From NCBI GenBank assembly GCA_017519885.1, contig JAFWRO010000035.1, positions 31,427 to 95,426 on the forward strand: DNA of 64,000 nucleotides, in the 5' to 3' direction. The position numbers were made by a program, and so were the translations under genes. The notes beneath the pieces are model-generated. The model was not told the origin of the DNA, did no database searches, and worked only from the letters and a program-made list of their open reading frames with translations. This document shows, piece after piece, positions 40,408 through 49,995 of this stretch (position 1 is the first letter of the stretch; each line of letters starts with the position of its first letter). This DNA comes from Bacteroidales bacterium (lineage in GTDB: Bacteria; Bacteroidota; Bacteroidia; Bacteroidales; UBA3663).

Positions 40408-43203
40408 ATGAAGAACAGATTCCGCTCTTCGGCCAAATACCTCTTGCCCGTCTTCACCTTGTTACTGTCTGTTGCCATTGCGCCACTTGCAAATGCACAG
40501 GATCACCACGAGCGTCGTGAAGTGAAACGCATTGCTGCCCGCAAGGGTGGCAAGACAATTACTCTGACCCTTATTGACAACAACGACCGTGGGCCCCTCA
40601 TCATGGCCAATTGCCAGTTGAAGCCCTTGGGCGCTTACGCTGCCACCAACCTTGATGGCGTGGCCATTTTCGAGAACATACCCAAAGGCGAATGGACCCT
40701 CGAAGTGACCTACGTAGGCTATGAGACGCTGACCCACAACATCGTCATGGCTGGTGACGACGTGCGTCTCACCCTCGGCATGAAACCACAGACGCTGTCA
40801 CTCCACGACGTGGAAGTTGTGGCGAAGCAGAGTGCGGCAGGCGAAGCAACAGCCTCGGTCATCGGTCGTCAGGCCATCGACCACCTGCAGGCTTTCAGTC
40901 TCGATGACATCATGCAACTCGTACCGGGTGCCGACATGAAGGTCACCAACCTCACCTCTCAGTCGAACGTGCAGATCCGCTCGCTTGTCAATGACAACAC
41001 CAATGCCTTCGGTGCAAGCATCGTCATGGACGGTGTGCCCATGTCAAACAATGGTGCGATGACGCAGGGCGGTTTCAGTAGCACGGCTTTTGTGGGCACC
41101 GACACCCGACAGATCAGTGCCGATGACATCGAATCGGTCGAAGTGGTGCGTGGCATTCCTTCCGCCGAATACGGCGACCTCACCAGCGGTCTCGTTGTGG
41201 TTCACTCCAAGGTGGGTGTCACTCCCTGGCAGGTCAAGGCGAAGATCAATCCTTCGGGACAGAACTATTCGGTGGGCAAAGGCTTCCACACGGGCCGATG
41301 GGGAACCGTCAACTTCAACCTCGACTACGCACAGGCTTGGGGTGACCCGCGACAGAAGACCAAGTCGTTCGACCGCTATTCAGGCTCTGTAGGATGGAGC
41401 ATCGACCCTACACGTCGCTTCAACATGACCACAAAGGTACGCTTCAACCTTGGCAAGGACTGGAACGGCAACGACCCCGATGCCATAGATGACGGCACCT
41501 TCAGCAGCGCCAAGAACCAGACAATTTCGCTGACTCATAACGGCAAGTGGTCGCTCAACAAGCCCTTCTCGCGCTCACTGTTCTACACTATCGGCTTGAG
41601 CCTTAACCGCATGAAGTCGCGTCAAAGCGCCATCGTGCCCAATCCTTCGGGACTTCTTCCCATCCTCACCGCTCGCGAAACGGGATACTTTGCAATACCC
41701 TGGATGACTTCGTCGTATGCAGCCAGCGGCGGTACCACAAGCACTCCAGGCAACATCTTCCTGAAGGTGGGCAACGACTTCTTCATCAAGGCAGGACCTA
41801 CAAGACAACGCTTCAAGTTGGGCGTCGATTACCATTTCGACTGGAACAACGGCATCGGCTATTACAACGACGACGAGCGCCAACCTCTTCGTCCCAACAG
41901 CAGCGGACGTCCACGTTCGTTCAAGGAAATCCCGGGTGTTCATCAGTTCAATGCATTTGCCGAAGACAACTTCACGTGGCAGATTAACAAGGTGAACAAA
42001 CTGAAGGTGCAGGCAGGTTTGCGCTTCACCAGTTTCCAGATGTTCAAGGATGAAGCCACCTACGCGCTTTCACCCCGTTTCAACACGTCGTTCACCGTCG
42101 CCCGATGGCTCGATATCCGTGCTGGCTTTGGTCTCAACTCCAAAACGCCAGGCATGGACTACCTCTATCCCGACAAGAAGTACACCGATCGCGTGGCTGC
42201 CAACTATCTACCCCAGGACAATCCTGCCGGCCAACTCCTCGTCTATCACACCAACGTTTATGAAGTGGCACGCACCGAAGGACTCAAGAACGCCACCAAC
42301 TACAAGACTGAGGTCGGCATCGACATCAAATTGCCCGGCGACCGTCGGATGAGCATCCTCGCCTACTACGACAAGACGCCCACCGGCTTCAGCGCTGCCA
42401 CCGAATACACCACCTACACGGCCAATTTCTACGATCTTTCTGCCGGATTGACCCCAGTCAGTGGAGCTGCCACCATCATCGACTATGGTAATCCCGCACG
42501 CATCGACACCGTTTTCGCCACCACAGGCAAGGTGGGTAACTTCAACGTCTCGGTCAACAAGGGCATCGAACTCGACTGGGACCTCGGCAAGATCAAGCCC
42601 CTCCAGACCAGCGTCTATCTGACAGGCGCCTACATGGAGTCAAAACGCTGGTCGAAAGACATGAATTCGTCCAACCCCACCAGTTATCCTGCCTACTATT
42701 CACAAGCCAACACCGTGCCTTTCAAAGTCGTCTATCCTTCGGAGATGAACACTTCCACCTATCGCAAGTTCAGCACCATGCTTCGTCTGGTGACCCATAT
42801 CCCTGCGCTCAAGATGGTGGCATCACTCTCCGGACAGGCTATCTTCTACAACTATTCCCACAGCGAAGTGCCTGCCATGGATCCCATCGGCTGGATTGAC
42901 ACCGATCTCTCCTATCACGAGATTACCCCAGCCATGCTCGCTGACGATAATTATACCATCCGTGGCGTTTCGCTCCAGAAGCAACGCCGCAACGGCACCG
43001 AAAACGAGCCCACCAAGTCGCCCGTCACCTGGCTTGTGTCGGGTCGTCTCACCAAAGAACTTGGTCGAATAGGCGGCTTCTCGTTCTATGCCAACAACCT
43101 TCTCTACCACGAGCCCTGGAAATCCACGTCCCGTTCCAACACCCTCACCCAGCAGAACGCAGGGTCTTTCAGTTTCGGCGTCGAGCTCTACTTTAATTTA
43201 TAA
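40408..43203 (+). CDS. TonB-dependent receptor with N-terminal carboxypeptidase-regulatory-like domain
   Basis: It shows ...NLDGVAIFENIPKGEWTLEVTYVGYETL..., a plug (VEVVRGIPSAEYGDLTSGLVVV), and a terminal ...FGVELYFNL. Confidence 0.9.
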   Translation: MKNRFRSSAKYLLPVFTLLLSVAIAPLANAQDHHERREVKRIAARKGGKTITLTLIDNNDRGPLIMANCQLKPLGAYAATNLDGVAIFENIPKGEWTLEVTYVGYETLTHNIVMAGDDVRLTLGMKPQTLSLHDVEVVAKQSAAGEATASVIGRQAIDHLQAFSLDDIMQLVPGADMKVTNLTSQSNVQIRSLVNDNTNAFGASIVMDGVPMSNNGAMTQGGFSSTAFVGTDTRQISADDIESVEVVRGIPSAEYGDLTSGLVVVHSKVGVTPWQVKAKINPSGQNYSVGKGFHTGRWGTVNFNLDYAQAWGDPRQKTKSFDRYSGSVGWSIDPTRRFNMTTKVRFNLGKDWNGNDPDAIDDGTFSSAKNQTISLTHNGKWSLNKPFSRSLFYTIGLSLNRMKSRQSAIVPNPSGLLPILTARETGYFAIPWMTSSYAASGGTTSTPGNIFLKVGNDFFIKAGPTRQRFKLGVDYHFDWNNGIGYYNDDERQPLRPNSSGRPRSFKEIPGVHQFNAFAEDNFTWQINKVNKLKVQAGLRFTSFQMFKDEATYALSPRFNTSFTVARWLDIRAGFGLNSKTPGMDYLYPDKKYTDRVAANYLPQDNPAGQLLVYHTNVYEVARTEGLKNATNYKTEVGIDIKLPGDRRMSILAYYDKTPTGFSAATEYTTYTANFYDLSAGLTPVSGAATIIDYGNPARIDTVFATTGKVGNFNVSVNKGIELDWDLGKIKPLQTSVYLTGAYMESKRWSKDMNSSNPTSYPAYYSQANTVPFKVVYPSEMNTSTYRKFSTMLRLVTHIPALKMVASLSGQAIFYNYSHSEVPAMDPIGWIDTDLSYHEITPAMLADDNYTIRGVSLQKQRRNGTENEPTKSPVTWLVSGRLTKELGRIGGFSFYANNLLYHEPWKSTSRSNTLTQQNAGSFSFGVELYFNL

Positions 43204-43208
43204 CAACT

Positions 43209-44414
43209 ATGAGATCATTCCTGACCACCTCACTGGCCTTCATATCCGCCATTGGCCTCTCCAGTTGCCTGTCGAGCGATGACCAGACACAGCCCATTAC
43301 CATCTATGTCAACGTCGAGAACCCATCGGGGCTCTCAGGTTTGACAGGATGGCAAACTGTTTCCCTGATCAGCAGCACAGGTTACAACTATATGGCCCAA
43401 ACCGATGCCGACGGCACGGCCACTTTCACCAATGTCATTCCCGACATCTACAACGTCAGCGCCTCCTGGAGCATCACCTCCGACCAATATATGGACGCAA
43501 CAGGCGAAACGGTGCAGCACGGCACCTACGTCCTCTCGGGCGCTTTGGCCAACCAAGTACTCATCGACGATGCCACACGTCTTACCCTCAGTACCAACTG
43601 CGCACGCAAGCAGTCAGTACTCATCAGCAAGGTATATTATGCTGGGTGCAAGGACAACAACAACAAGAACTACCTTGCTGGACGTTTCGTAGAACTTTAC
43701 AACAACAGTGACGAAGCCGTCGATGTAGCAGGCATGTACCTCTGCCTGATGGAGAGCGGTTCGACACCCGCCTATATAATTTCGACACAGACCGACTATA
43801 TCTACATAAAGCAAGTATTTCAATTTCCCGATGAAGGACATCATATTCTTCAACCTGGCGAACACATTCTTGTCACCAATAGTGCTGTGGATCACACCGA
43901 AAATGCTGCAGCCGACTACGACGAAAGCAATGCCGATTTCGAATGCAAATCGAATGTGAACAATGCTCCTGCCAACAACCCAGCCACACCTGCCATGAAG
44001 CTCATTTGGACTGCCTTTGCCACCATCCCTAATATGAATCTCGTGCAAGGTGGCCCTTGCGGCATAGCGCTCATCGAGACAGAAGAGGATCCTGCCCAAT
44101 GGGAACCTGTATATGCAGACGGCAAGTCTTCAGGCATCCAGCAACTCAAGGCTCCTGCCAAATACGTGGTCGATGGAGTGGACATCCTGAAATACCGATC
44201 AGATGGCACGGTTGATGTCAGTACCAAGCGATTCTACGACTATATCGATGCAGGCTATACCAATATCAATGCCGTCAATGGCTATAACGGCGAAGTGGTC
44301 TATCGTGTCGTCGAATCCTGGACCGATGACGGACGTGCCCTGCTCAAGGACACCAATTACAGCCTCGATGACTGGGCTTGCTCCACTGGCATCAACATTG
44401 GCGAATACAAATAA
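43209..44414 (+). CDS. Lipoprotein, DUF4876-like with a lamin-tail-domain-like segment (family name from memory, unverified)
   Basis: It has a lipobox ...GLSSCLSS and the segment VLISKVYYAGCKDNNNKNYLAGRFVELYNNSDEAVDVAGMYL. It is about 400 aa and lies directly after a TonB-dependent receptor. Confidence 0.6.
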   Translation: MRSFLTTSLAFISAIGLSSCLSSDDQTQPITIYVNVENPSGLSGLTGWQTVSLISSTGYNYMAQTDADGTATFTNVIPDIYNVSASWSITSDQYMDATGETVQHGTYVLSGALANQVLIDDATRLTLSTNCARKQSVLISKVYYAGCKDNNNKNYLAGRFVELYNNSDEAVDVAGMYLCLMESGSTPAYIISTQTDYIYIKQVFQFPDEGHHILQPGEHILVTNSAVDHTENAAADYDESNADFECKSNVNNAPANNPATPAMKLIWTAFATIPNMNLVQGGPCGIALIETEEDPAQWEPVYADGKSSGIQQLKAPAKYVVDGVDILKYRSDGTVDVSTKRFYDYIDAGYTNINAVNGYNGEVVYRVVESWTDDGRALLKDTNYSLDDWACSTGINIGEYK

Positions 44415-44479
44415 CCCCTATCCCCAAAATAGTCCCTTATGTTGCTTTCCCATAGCAACTCCCATCACCTCATAACCTC

Positions 44480-46072
44480 ATGACCTCAATATTCATAACC
44501 AGCCCATCCCACTCCTTACGCAAGGCAATCAGAGGGAGTCTTCTCCTTTTGCTTGTCACAGTATGTGCTCCAACACAGGCGCAGGGAGACAATACTTCCA
44601 AAGGCACTTATCTTTACCAGGATGCCCAAGAGGTGTGGCGTAATACCAGCAATGCAGCAGGCCTGGGCCTTGACTCGCTCACCAGTCGCGGCGTCACCTT
44701 CTTCGAACTGTCGCAGCTCAATACCGATCACTACCTCGTGCAGAAAGGCAATAAGCAGAACACCATTCACTTCTTGTCGGAGCGCTACCAGCGCATTGGC
44801 AAGTACCTCGTAGGTTTCGGACGCTTTGAGTTCAACACGGGGCGCGACTTTGGCCGCTCCTGGTGTGACATGCTTCGCAACGAGCACAGCAATCCTTACA
44901 TTTCGGGCAGCGACAAACCCGGCAAGTACGAGCGACAACTCATCGACCTCACAGCCCAACTCTCCACCGTGCAGATGGGCGCTTTCACCTACGGCTTCCG
45001 CCTCGACTACAAGGTGGGCGACTACTCCCGCCTAAAGGATCCTCGTTCACGCGTAATGATGGCTCAGTATCGCGTGGTTCCCTCCATCACCTACTCCATG
45101 GGGCATCACGCCTTGGGACTGGCTGCCCACTACCAGCGCTACAAGGAAAAACTGACCGGCCTCACCACCGTACAGACCGACGCCACACTGATGTATTATC
45201 AGGCCACAGGTCTAGAACACGTCATTGGCACAGTGGGCGGTTACAATGCTTTCAGTCGCGAATTTGCCAACCATGAATTCGGCATCGAATTCGACTACAA
45301 CTTCCAGGCAGAAGCCTTCCAAAGCCTCAACTCCTTCGGCTTCGAGCATGCCCGCGAATATATGTACGAACAATACAAGGCTGAGCCTGGAGCCTGGCGA
45401 AATCAGGAGTGGCGTTTCGTGTCGCAGAATCGTATCTATCACGAAACCAAACTGCATCAACTGGATTTGACCTTGAAATATCTGCCAGCCTTGGGTGACG
45501 AGTATCGTCAGCAGAAAGTCATCGAACTCAACTCCGAGACAGGTTCTTCGACCACCTATTACCAGACACTCATCACCTATAAGAATCGCTATGAGGTGTA
45601 CGAATATCAGGCCGACCTCCACTATCGTCTATCGTGGCTCGAAGGCATAAAGACAAAGGCATACGCTAGTGCACGTGCCACTTATCAGTATGACAAGGAG
45701 CAGTACAACCTGCCTGTCTCATTTAGAAAAGTAGGTTATCTCGATGCTGTACTTGAAGGTGGCAGTGCCCTCTTCGATCGAAGCGAGCGTTCGTTCTGGG
45801 TTGAAGCCAAGGCAGGCTATCATGTCTCCACGACCTCTGAGCTCAGCCTTAACGACGCTTCCGGCATCTATGCAACCAGCGTGCTCCTCCCCGATATGGA
45901 CTATTATGGAGCAAACTTCTTCCATGGCCAGCTCGAACTGACTTATCTGATGCCCGTCACGTTCAAGAAGTACCGCAACATCTGGTTTGCCAAAATCGGC
46001 GGCTCCTACCTCAAGACTGACAACCACACGGATGGATATTATGCAGCCGCCTCGATAGGCATATATTATTAA
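44480..46072 (+). CDS. Outer-membrane beta-barrel protein (DUF6850-like, unverified)
   Basis: It has a signal peptide, alternating amphipathic strands, and an aromatic C-terminus ...ASIGIYY. Confidence 0.6.
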   Translation: MTSIFITSPSHSLRKAIRGSLLLLLVTVCAPTQAQGDNTSKGTYLYQDAQEVWRNTSNAAGLGLDSLTSRGVTFFELSQLNTDHYLVQKGNKQNTIHFLSERYQRIGKYLVGFGRFEFNTGRDFGRSWCDMLRNEHSNPYISGSDKPGKYERQLIDLTAQLSTVQMGAFTYGFRLDYKVGDYSRLKDPRSRVMMAQYRVVPSITYSMGHHALGLAAHYQRYKEKLTGLTTVQTDATLMYYQATGLEHVIGTVGGYNAFSREFANHEFGIEFDYNFQAEAFQSLNSFGFEHAREYMYEQYKAEPGAWRNQEWRFVSQNRIYHETKLHQLDLTLKYLPALGDEYRQQKVIELNSETGSSTTYYQTLITYKNRYEVYEYQADLHYRLSWLEGIKTKAYASARATYQYDKEQYNLPVSFRKVGYLDAVLEGGSALFDRSERSFWVEAKAGYHVSTTSELSLNDASGIYATSVLLPDMDYYGANFFHGQLELTYLMPVTFKKYRNIWFAKIGGSYLKTDNHTDGYYAAASIGIYY

Positions 46073-46078
46073 TTTCCG

Positions 46079-46130
46079 AGTATTCCGAGTGCTCCGAGTA
46101 TTCTGAGTATTCCGATTACTCCGATAATCC
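46079..46130. repeat. About 6 x 9-bp tandem repeat AGTAYTCCG
   Basis: agtattccg agtgctccg agtattctg agtattccg attactccg ataatcc. It fills the stop-to-start gap. Confidence 0.85.
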
Positions 46131-46136
46131 CTCCCC

Positions 46137-47891
46137 ATGCGCCCAGTCACCACCCTGCTCATACTCCTGTTGCAATTCCTGGCTCTCCACGCCCAACAGT
46201 TGACCGAAGTGCCCGAAGACCTTTTGGGCCGAGACTTCGCTGTGGCAGCCCGAGTCGAGAAGGTAAGTCGCGACTGGTGGATGGGCAAGAAACACATCTG
46301 TCCTGGGGTGCGAATGTATGATCCACAACTCGTCCGTTTCTCAGTGCGTAACGACAGTCTGGTCATTACCACCTTCGACAAAGTATTCAAACCCGAACCT
46401 ATTACCCTTCCTATTGCCTCGAAGCAAGGAGATAGTTATCTTGTTGACCTTGCACCTTTCTTCCTGCAAATCCAAAAGGGGCTCGACATCCTTTCAGGCA
46501 AAAGCCAGCCCGGCACCCTCACCGAAAGCAAAATCGACATGATGCGCGGCGACATCCGCCACCTTGAAGTTCGCATTAACCAAACCTACTCAGAACCCAG
46601 ACCCACTCAGAACCCAGACTCGACAAGCAGTCCTTCCCCTAAGCAATGGGACCAAGAGGGTCTCTTCTCCAACCCCTACTTCCTCTCCCTCCGCAAATCC
46701 CTGCTCCTCCTTCCCGAGCCTCCGATGCAGCGTCGTCCCGCCGACCCGCGTATAAATTACAAGGATAACGAGCACACTTACATCAACCGCTTCCGACTCG
46801 ACAAGGACACCGACATCCTTTTCCACATTGACGATGCCTTCCCCAAACTCTGGCAAGATGCCATCCGACAAGGCATCGAGGACTGGAACATTGCCTTCCA
46901 AACCATCGGTCACCCCAACCTCCTCAAGGCCATTACCTTCAGCGAGAGCGATAGCGACTTTGACCCCTTTGACATTACCAGCAACACCTTTTTCCGCGTT
47001 GAGAGTCAGCAGGCAAATGCCGAAGGTCGTCATTGGATTGATCCGCGCTCAGGCGAAATACTTCAAGCCGATGTGCTCTTCTACTCCAATGTCATCACGA
47101 AACTCAAGTCTTGGCTCTTCCTTCAGACAGCTGCCTACAATCCCGTGGTGCGCAACGAGATTTCCGACACACTCGTGTTCCACCTCATCCGCTATGCCGC
47201 AGCCCACGAGATAGGACATTGCCTAGGCCTCGAACACAACTTCCGCGCCTCGCATGCTTATCGTACCGAAGACTTGCGCGACCCCGCATTCTGCGAAGCC
47301 TTCGGCACTACGGCCAGCATCATGGACTACGCCCGCTTCAACTATGTGGCTCAGCCGGGTGATGGAGTGACCTATGACTTTCCTCCCATCCTCGGTCCCT
47401 ACGACATCTATGCCATCCAGGCAGGTTACTCCGACTTTCCCGACGATGCGGCTTATCGTGCGTTCATCGATCAACACCAGTCCAATCCATGTTATCTCTA
47501 TCGCAAGGCCAGTCGCAGTGTCCTGCCTAACGATCCCGAAGTACAGGCATCCGACCTCGGTGATGATGCGCTGGCCTCCACACGCTATGGCATCGCCAAC
47601 CTGCAGTACATTGTCGCACATATCCACGAATGGTGTCAGCCTGATGATTCCCAAGAGAGTCTTCTTGGCAAGGCCGACCCCTTCGAGGACAAGCCAGCCT
47701 CCCGCCTCGACCTCCAACATTACTATTTCGACCTGTTGGAGCACCTCTTACCCCTCCGACACGACCCCGAAGTGCGTTCCTTCCTCGACCTCCAGCTCAG
47801 CCAAGGCTATCTCTTCCTCAAACATCCCGACACCGATGCCGAGCTCGAAAAAATGAGGGACAACTTCATTGCTCGTCTTAATCATAAATAG
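46137..47891 (+). CDS. Secreted zinc metalloprotease (metzincin-type HExxHxxGxxH)
   Basis: It has a signal peptide and the motif AAHEIGHCLGLEHNF. Confidence 0.8.
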   Translation: MRPVTTLLILLLQFLALHAQQLTEVPEDLLGRDFAVAARVEKVSRDWWMGKKHICPGVRMYDPQLVRFSVRNDSLVITTFDKVFKPEPITLPIASKQGDSYLVDLAPFFLQIQKGLDILSGKSQPGTLTESKIDMMRGDIRHLEVRINQTYSEPRPTQNPDSTSSPSPKQWDQEGLFSNPYFLSLRKSLLLLPEPPMQRRPADPRINYKDNEHTYINRFRLDKDTDILFHIDDAFPKLWQDAIRQGIEDWNIAFQTIGHPNLLKAITFSESDSDFDPFDITSNTFFRVESQQANAEGRHWIDPRSGEILQADVLFYSNVITKLKSWLFLQTAAYNPVVRNEISDTLVFHLIRYAAAHEIGHCLGLEHNFRASHAYRTEDLRDPAFCEAFGTTASIMDYARFNYVAQPGDGVTYDFPPILGPYDIYAIQAGYSDFPDDAAYRAFIDQHQSNPCYLYRKASRSVLPNDPEVQASDLGDDALASTRYGIANLQYIVAHIHEWCQPDDSQESLLGKADPFEDKPASRLDLQHYYFDLLEHLLPLRHDPEVRSFLDLQLSQGYLFLKHPDTDAELEKMRDNFIARLNHK

Positions 47892-47892
47892 C

Positions 47893-47937
47893 CTATAGTC
47901 ACTATAGCTAATATAGTCACTATAATTACTATAGTCA
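47893..47937. repeat. 5 x 9-bp tandem repeat CTATAGTCA
   Basis: ctatagtca ctatagcta atatagtca ctataatta ctatagtca. It fills the stop-to-start gap. Confidence 0.85.
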
Positions 47938-47951
47938 ACCACCCCAAAATT

Positions 47952-49976
47952 ATGAAAGCCTCATCATTCACACTTCTATTCCTTCTCCTCGCCTCCACCC
48001 TCTCGGCGCAAGTCTCCTCAGGCATGTGGTTCCCCCATCAGGCTGTGTCAGACGAGGTCTATCAACTTCTGCGCAAAGACGGCATCAAGCTGAACCGTGA
48101 ACAGATCTATACTCCCGATGGTACCTGCCTCTCCACCGCCATCCTTTCGCTGAGCCAGGACGGTGGACTCGCCTCACCCTTTGCCACCGCATCGTTCATC
48201 TCTGATGAAGGCCTCATCATCACCAACTACCACTGCGTGAGTCGTTACATCAAGGATATCTCCACCGAAGAAAATGACTACGTCAAGTATGGGTGTTGGG
48301 CAGAAAACCGTGAACAGGAAGCGCCCCTTCGCAACCTGCAGGTCAATCAGTTGCTTTCTTGCGACGACATCACTGACCAACTCTCCGAAGGCCTCGATGG
48401 TCTGTCTGCCAAGGTTAGAGCCGACTCGTTGGCCGAAAGAGCTTCCCGCCTCGCCAAGGCAGCCAAAAACACAGGGAACGAAGGTACACGCGTCTATGCC
48501 ATGATGGGCGGTCAGCAATATGTCATGGCTCACTACAAGATTTTCCACGACGTACGCATCGTAGCCAGTCCCCCTGCCTCACTCGCCCTGGAAAGCGATG
48601 ACAGCAACTGGCAATGGCCTCGCTATGCCTGCGACTTCGCCATACTCCGCATCTATGCTAACAAGGCCGGTCTTTCGACATCTTACAAAAAGACCAACAT
48701 CCCCTACCGCCCTATCTCCTATCTCAAGATTGCCAAGAAAGTGCCACGAAAAGGCGACTTCATTATGGTAGCAGGCTTCCCCTCACAGACACGCAAGCAC
48801 ATACCCTGGTTTGCCATCGACAAGATTGTCAACAACGACACCCGCTTCCGCATGGAGGTCACTAAGGCCAAGATGGACTACCTGAAAGCGTGTCAGGCAA
48901 AAGCAACAGGAGAAAAACGTTCGGCCTATGGCGTGCGCATCAGTAGCATCAACAACACCTACACCCGTGCACGCGGTGAAATCAACGGCACACGTGAAGA
49001 CAACGTTGTTCAATTGCGCAAACAGGATGACGATGCCCTTCAAGCCTGGATCAATGCCTCTCCCGTGCGCCAACAGGAATATGGTGCTACCCTCATCGAG
49101 GATATGCACGAAAACTACAAGCAGTTGACTCGCTACAACCATGCCGAAGAAGTCTTCAGCCAAGTGGTCAGCAGTGGCGCCACCATTCTGCCCTTCGCAG
49201 GCAAATTCGAGAAACTTCTCAACATCGACCGTGCCCATCGTCAGAATCGCAACAAGGCCATGCAGAACGAAATGAAGGAGATTCGTCGCATCGCTGACGA
49301 CTTCTTCCGCCAGTTCGACCGCGATGAAGATTGCGGTATGATGAAGACCCTCCTTCCATATTATATTAAGGAGATGGACCCCGAATATCTCGAAGACATC
49401 TTCCGTCAGCCCTACGACATGGACCGTCTCTATGCCCAATCCCTACTCACCGATTCTGCCAAAGTCAGCACCTTCCTCGACAACGCCATAGAACAAGGCA
49501 CCGAAGCCCTGCAGCGCGACACACTCTACAACCTCTGTCTTGCCTTCTATCGCAACCGTGTGGCACGCATCAGCAAAGACAAGACTCCTTATGCCCGCCG
49601 CCAAACTGAACTCTACAGCACCTATATGCGCGCTTACAGTGATATGCTTCGCGACAAGGTCAAGGAGTACGATGCCAACAAGACTATGCGCCTTGCGCCC
49701 GGCAAGGTCAAGGACTTCAGCAGCAAGAAGGGCATCCCCGTGCATTGCTGTCTGTTGGCCAATGCCGAAACCGTCTCCGGCAACTCGGGTAGCCCCGTTG
49801 TCAATGCCAAGGGCGAACTCATCGGCCTCAACTTCGACCGACAGGAAGCGGGTCTCTCTTCTATCTACCGCAAGAATCCTGCCGCTATGCGCAACATTAT
49901 GGTTGATATCCAATATGTGCTCTGGGTTCTTCGCAACAAATCTCACTCGCAATATGTGCTCGAAGAATTGAAATAA
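47952..49976 (+). CDS. S46-family dipeptidyl-peptidase (DPP7/DPP11-like)
   Basis: The catalytic His is in GLIITNYHC and the catalytic Ser in SGNSGSPVVNAKGELIGLNFD. It has a signal peptide. Confidence 0.9.
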   Translation: MKASSFTLLFLLLASTLSAQVSSGMWFPHQAVSDEVYQLLRKDGIKLNREQIYTPDGTCLSTAILSLSQDGGLASPFATASFISDEGLIITNYHCVSRYIKDISTEENDYVKYGCWAENREQEAPLRNLQVNQLLSCDDITDQLSEGLDGLSAKVRADSLAERASRLAKAAKNTGNEGTRVYAMMGGQQYVMAHYKIFHDVRIVASPPASLALESDDSNWQWPRYACDFAILRIYANKAGLSTSYKKTNIPYRPISYLKIAKKVPRKGDFIMVAGFPSQTRKHIPWFAIDKIVNNDTRFRMEVTKAKMDYLKACQAKATGEKRSAYGVRISSINNTYTRARGEINGTREDNVVQLRKQDDDALQAWINASPVRQQEYGATLIEDMHENYKQLTRYNHAEEVFSQVVSSGATILPFAGKFEKLLNIDRAHRQNRNKAMQNEMKEIRRIADDFFRQFDRDEDCGMMKTLLPYYIKEMDPEYLEDIFRQPYDMDRLYAQSLLTDSAKVSTFLDNAIEQGTEALQRDTLYNLCLAFYRNRVARISKDKTPYARRQTELYSTYMRAYSDMLRDKVKEYDANKTMRLAPGKVKDFSSKKGIPVHCCLLANAETVSGNSGSPVVNAKGELIGLNFDRQEAGLSSIYRKNPAAMRNIMVDIQYVLWVLRNKSHSQYVLEELK

Positions 49977-49995
49977 AAACTAAAACCAAAACAAT

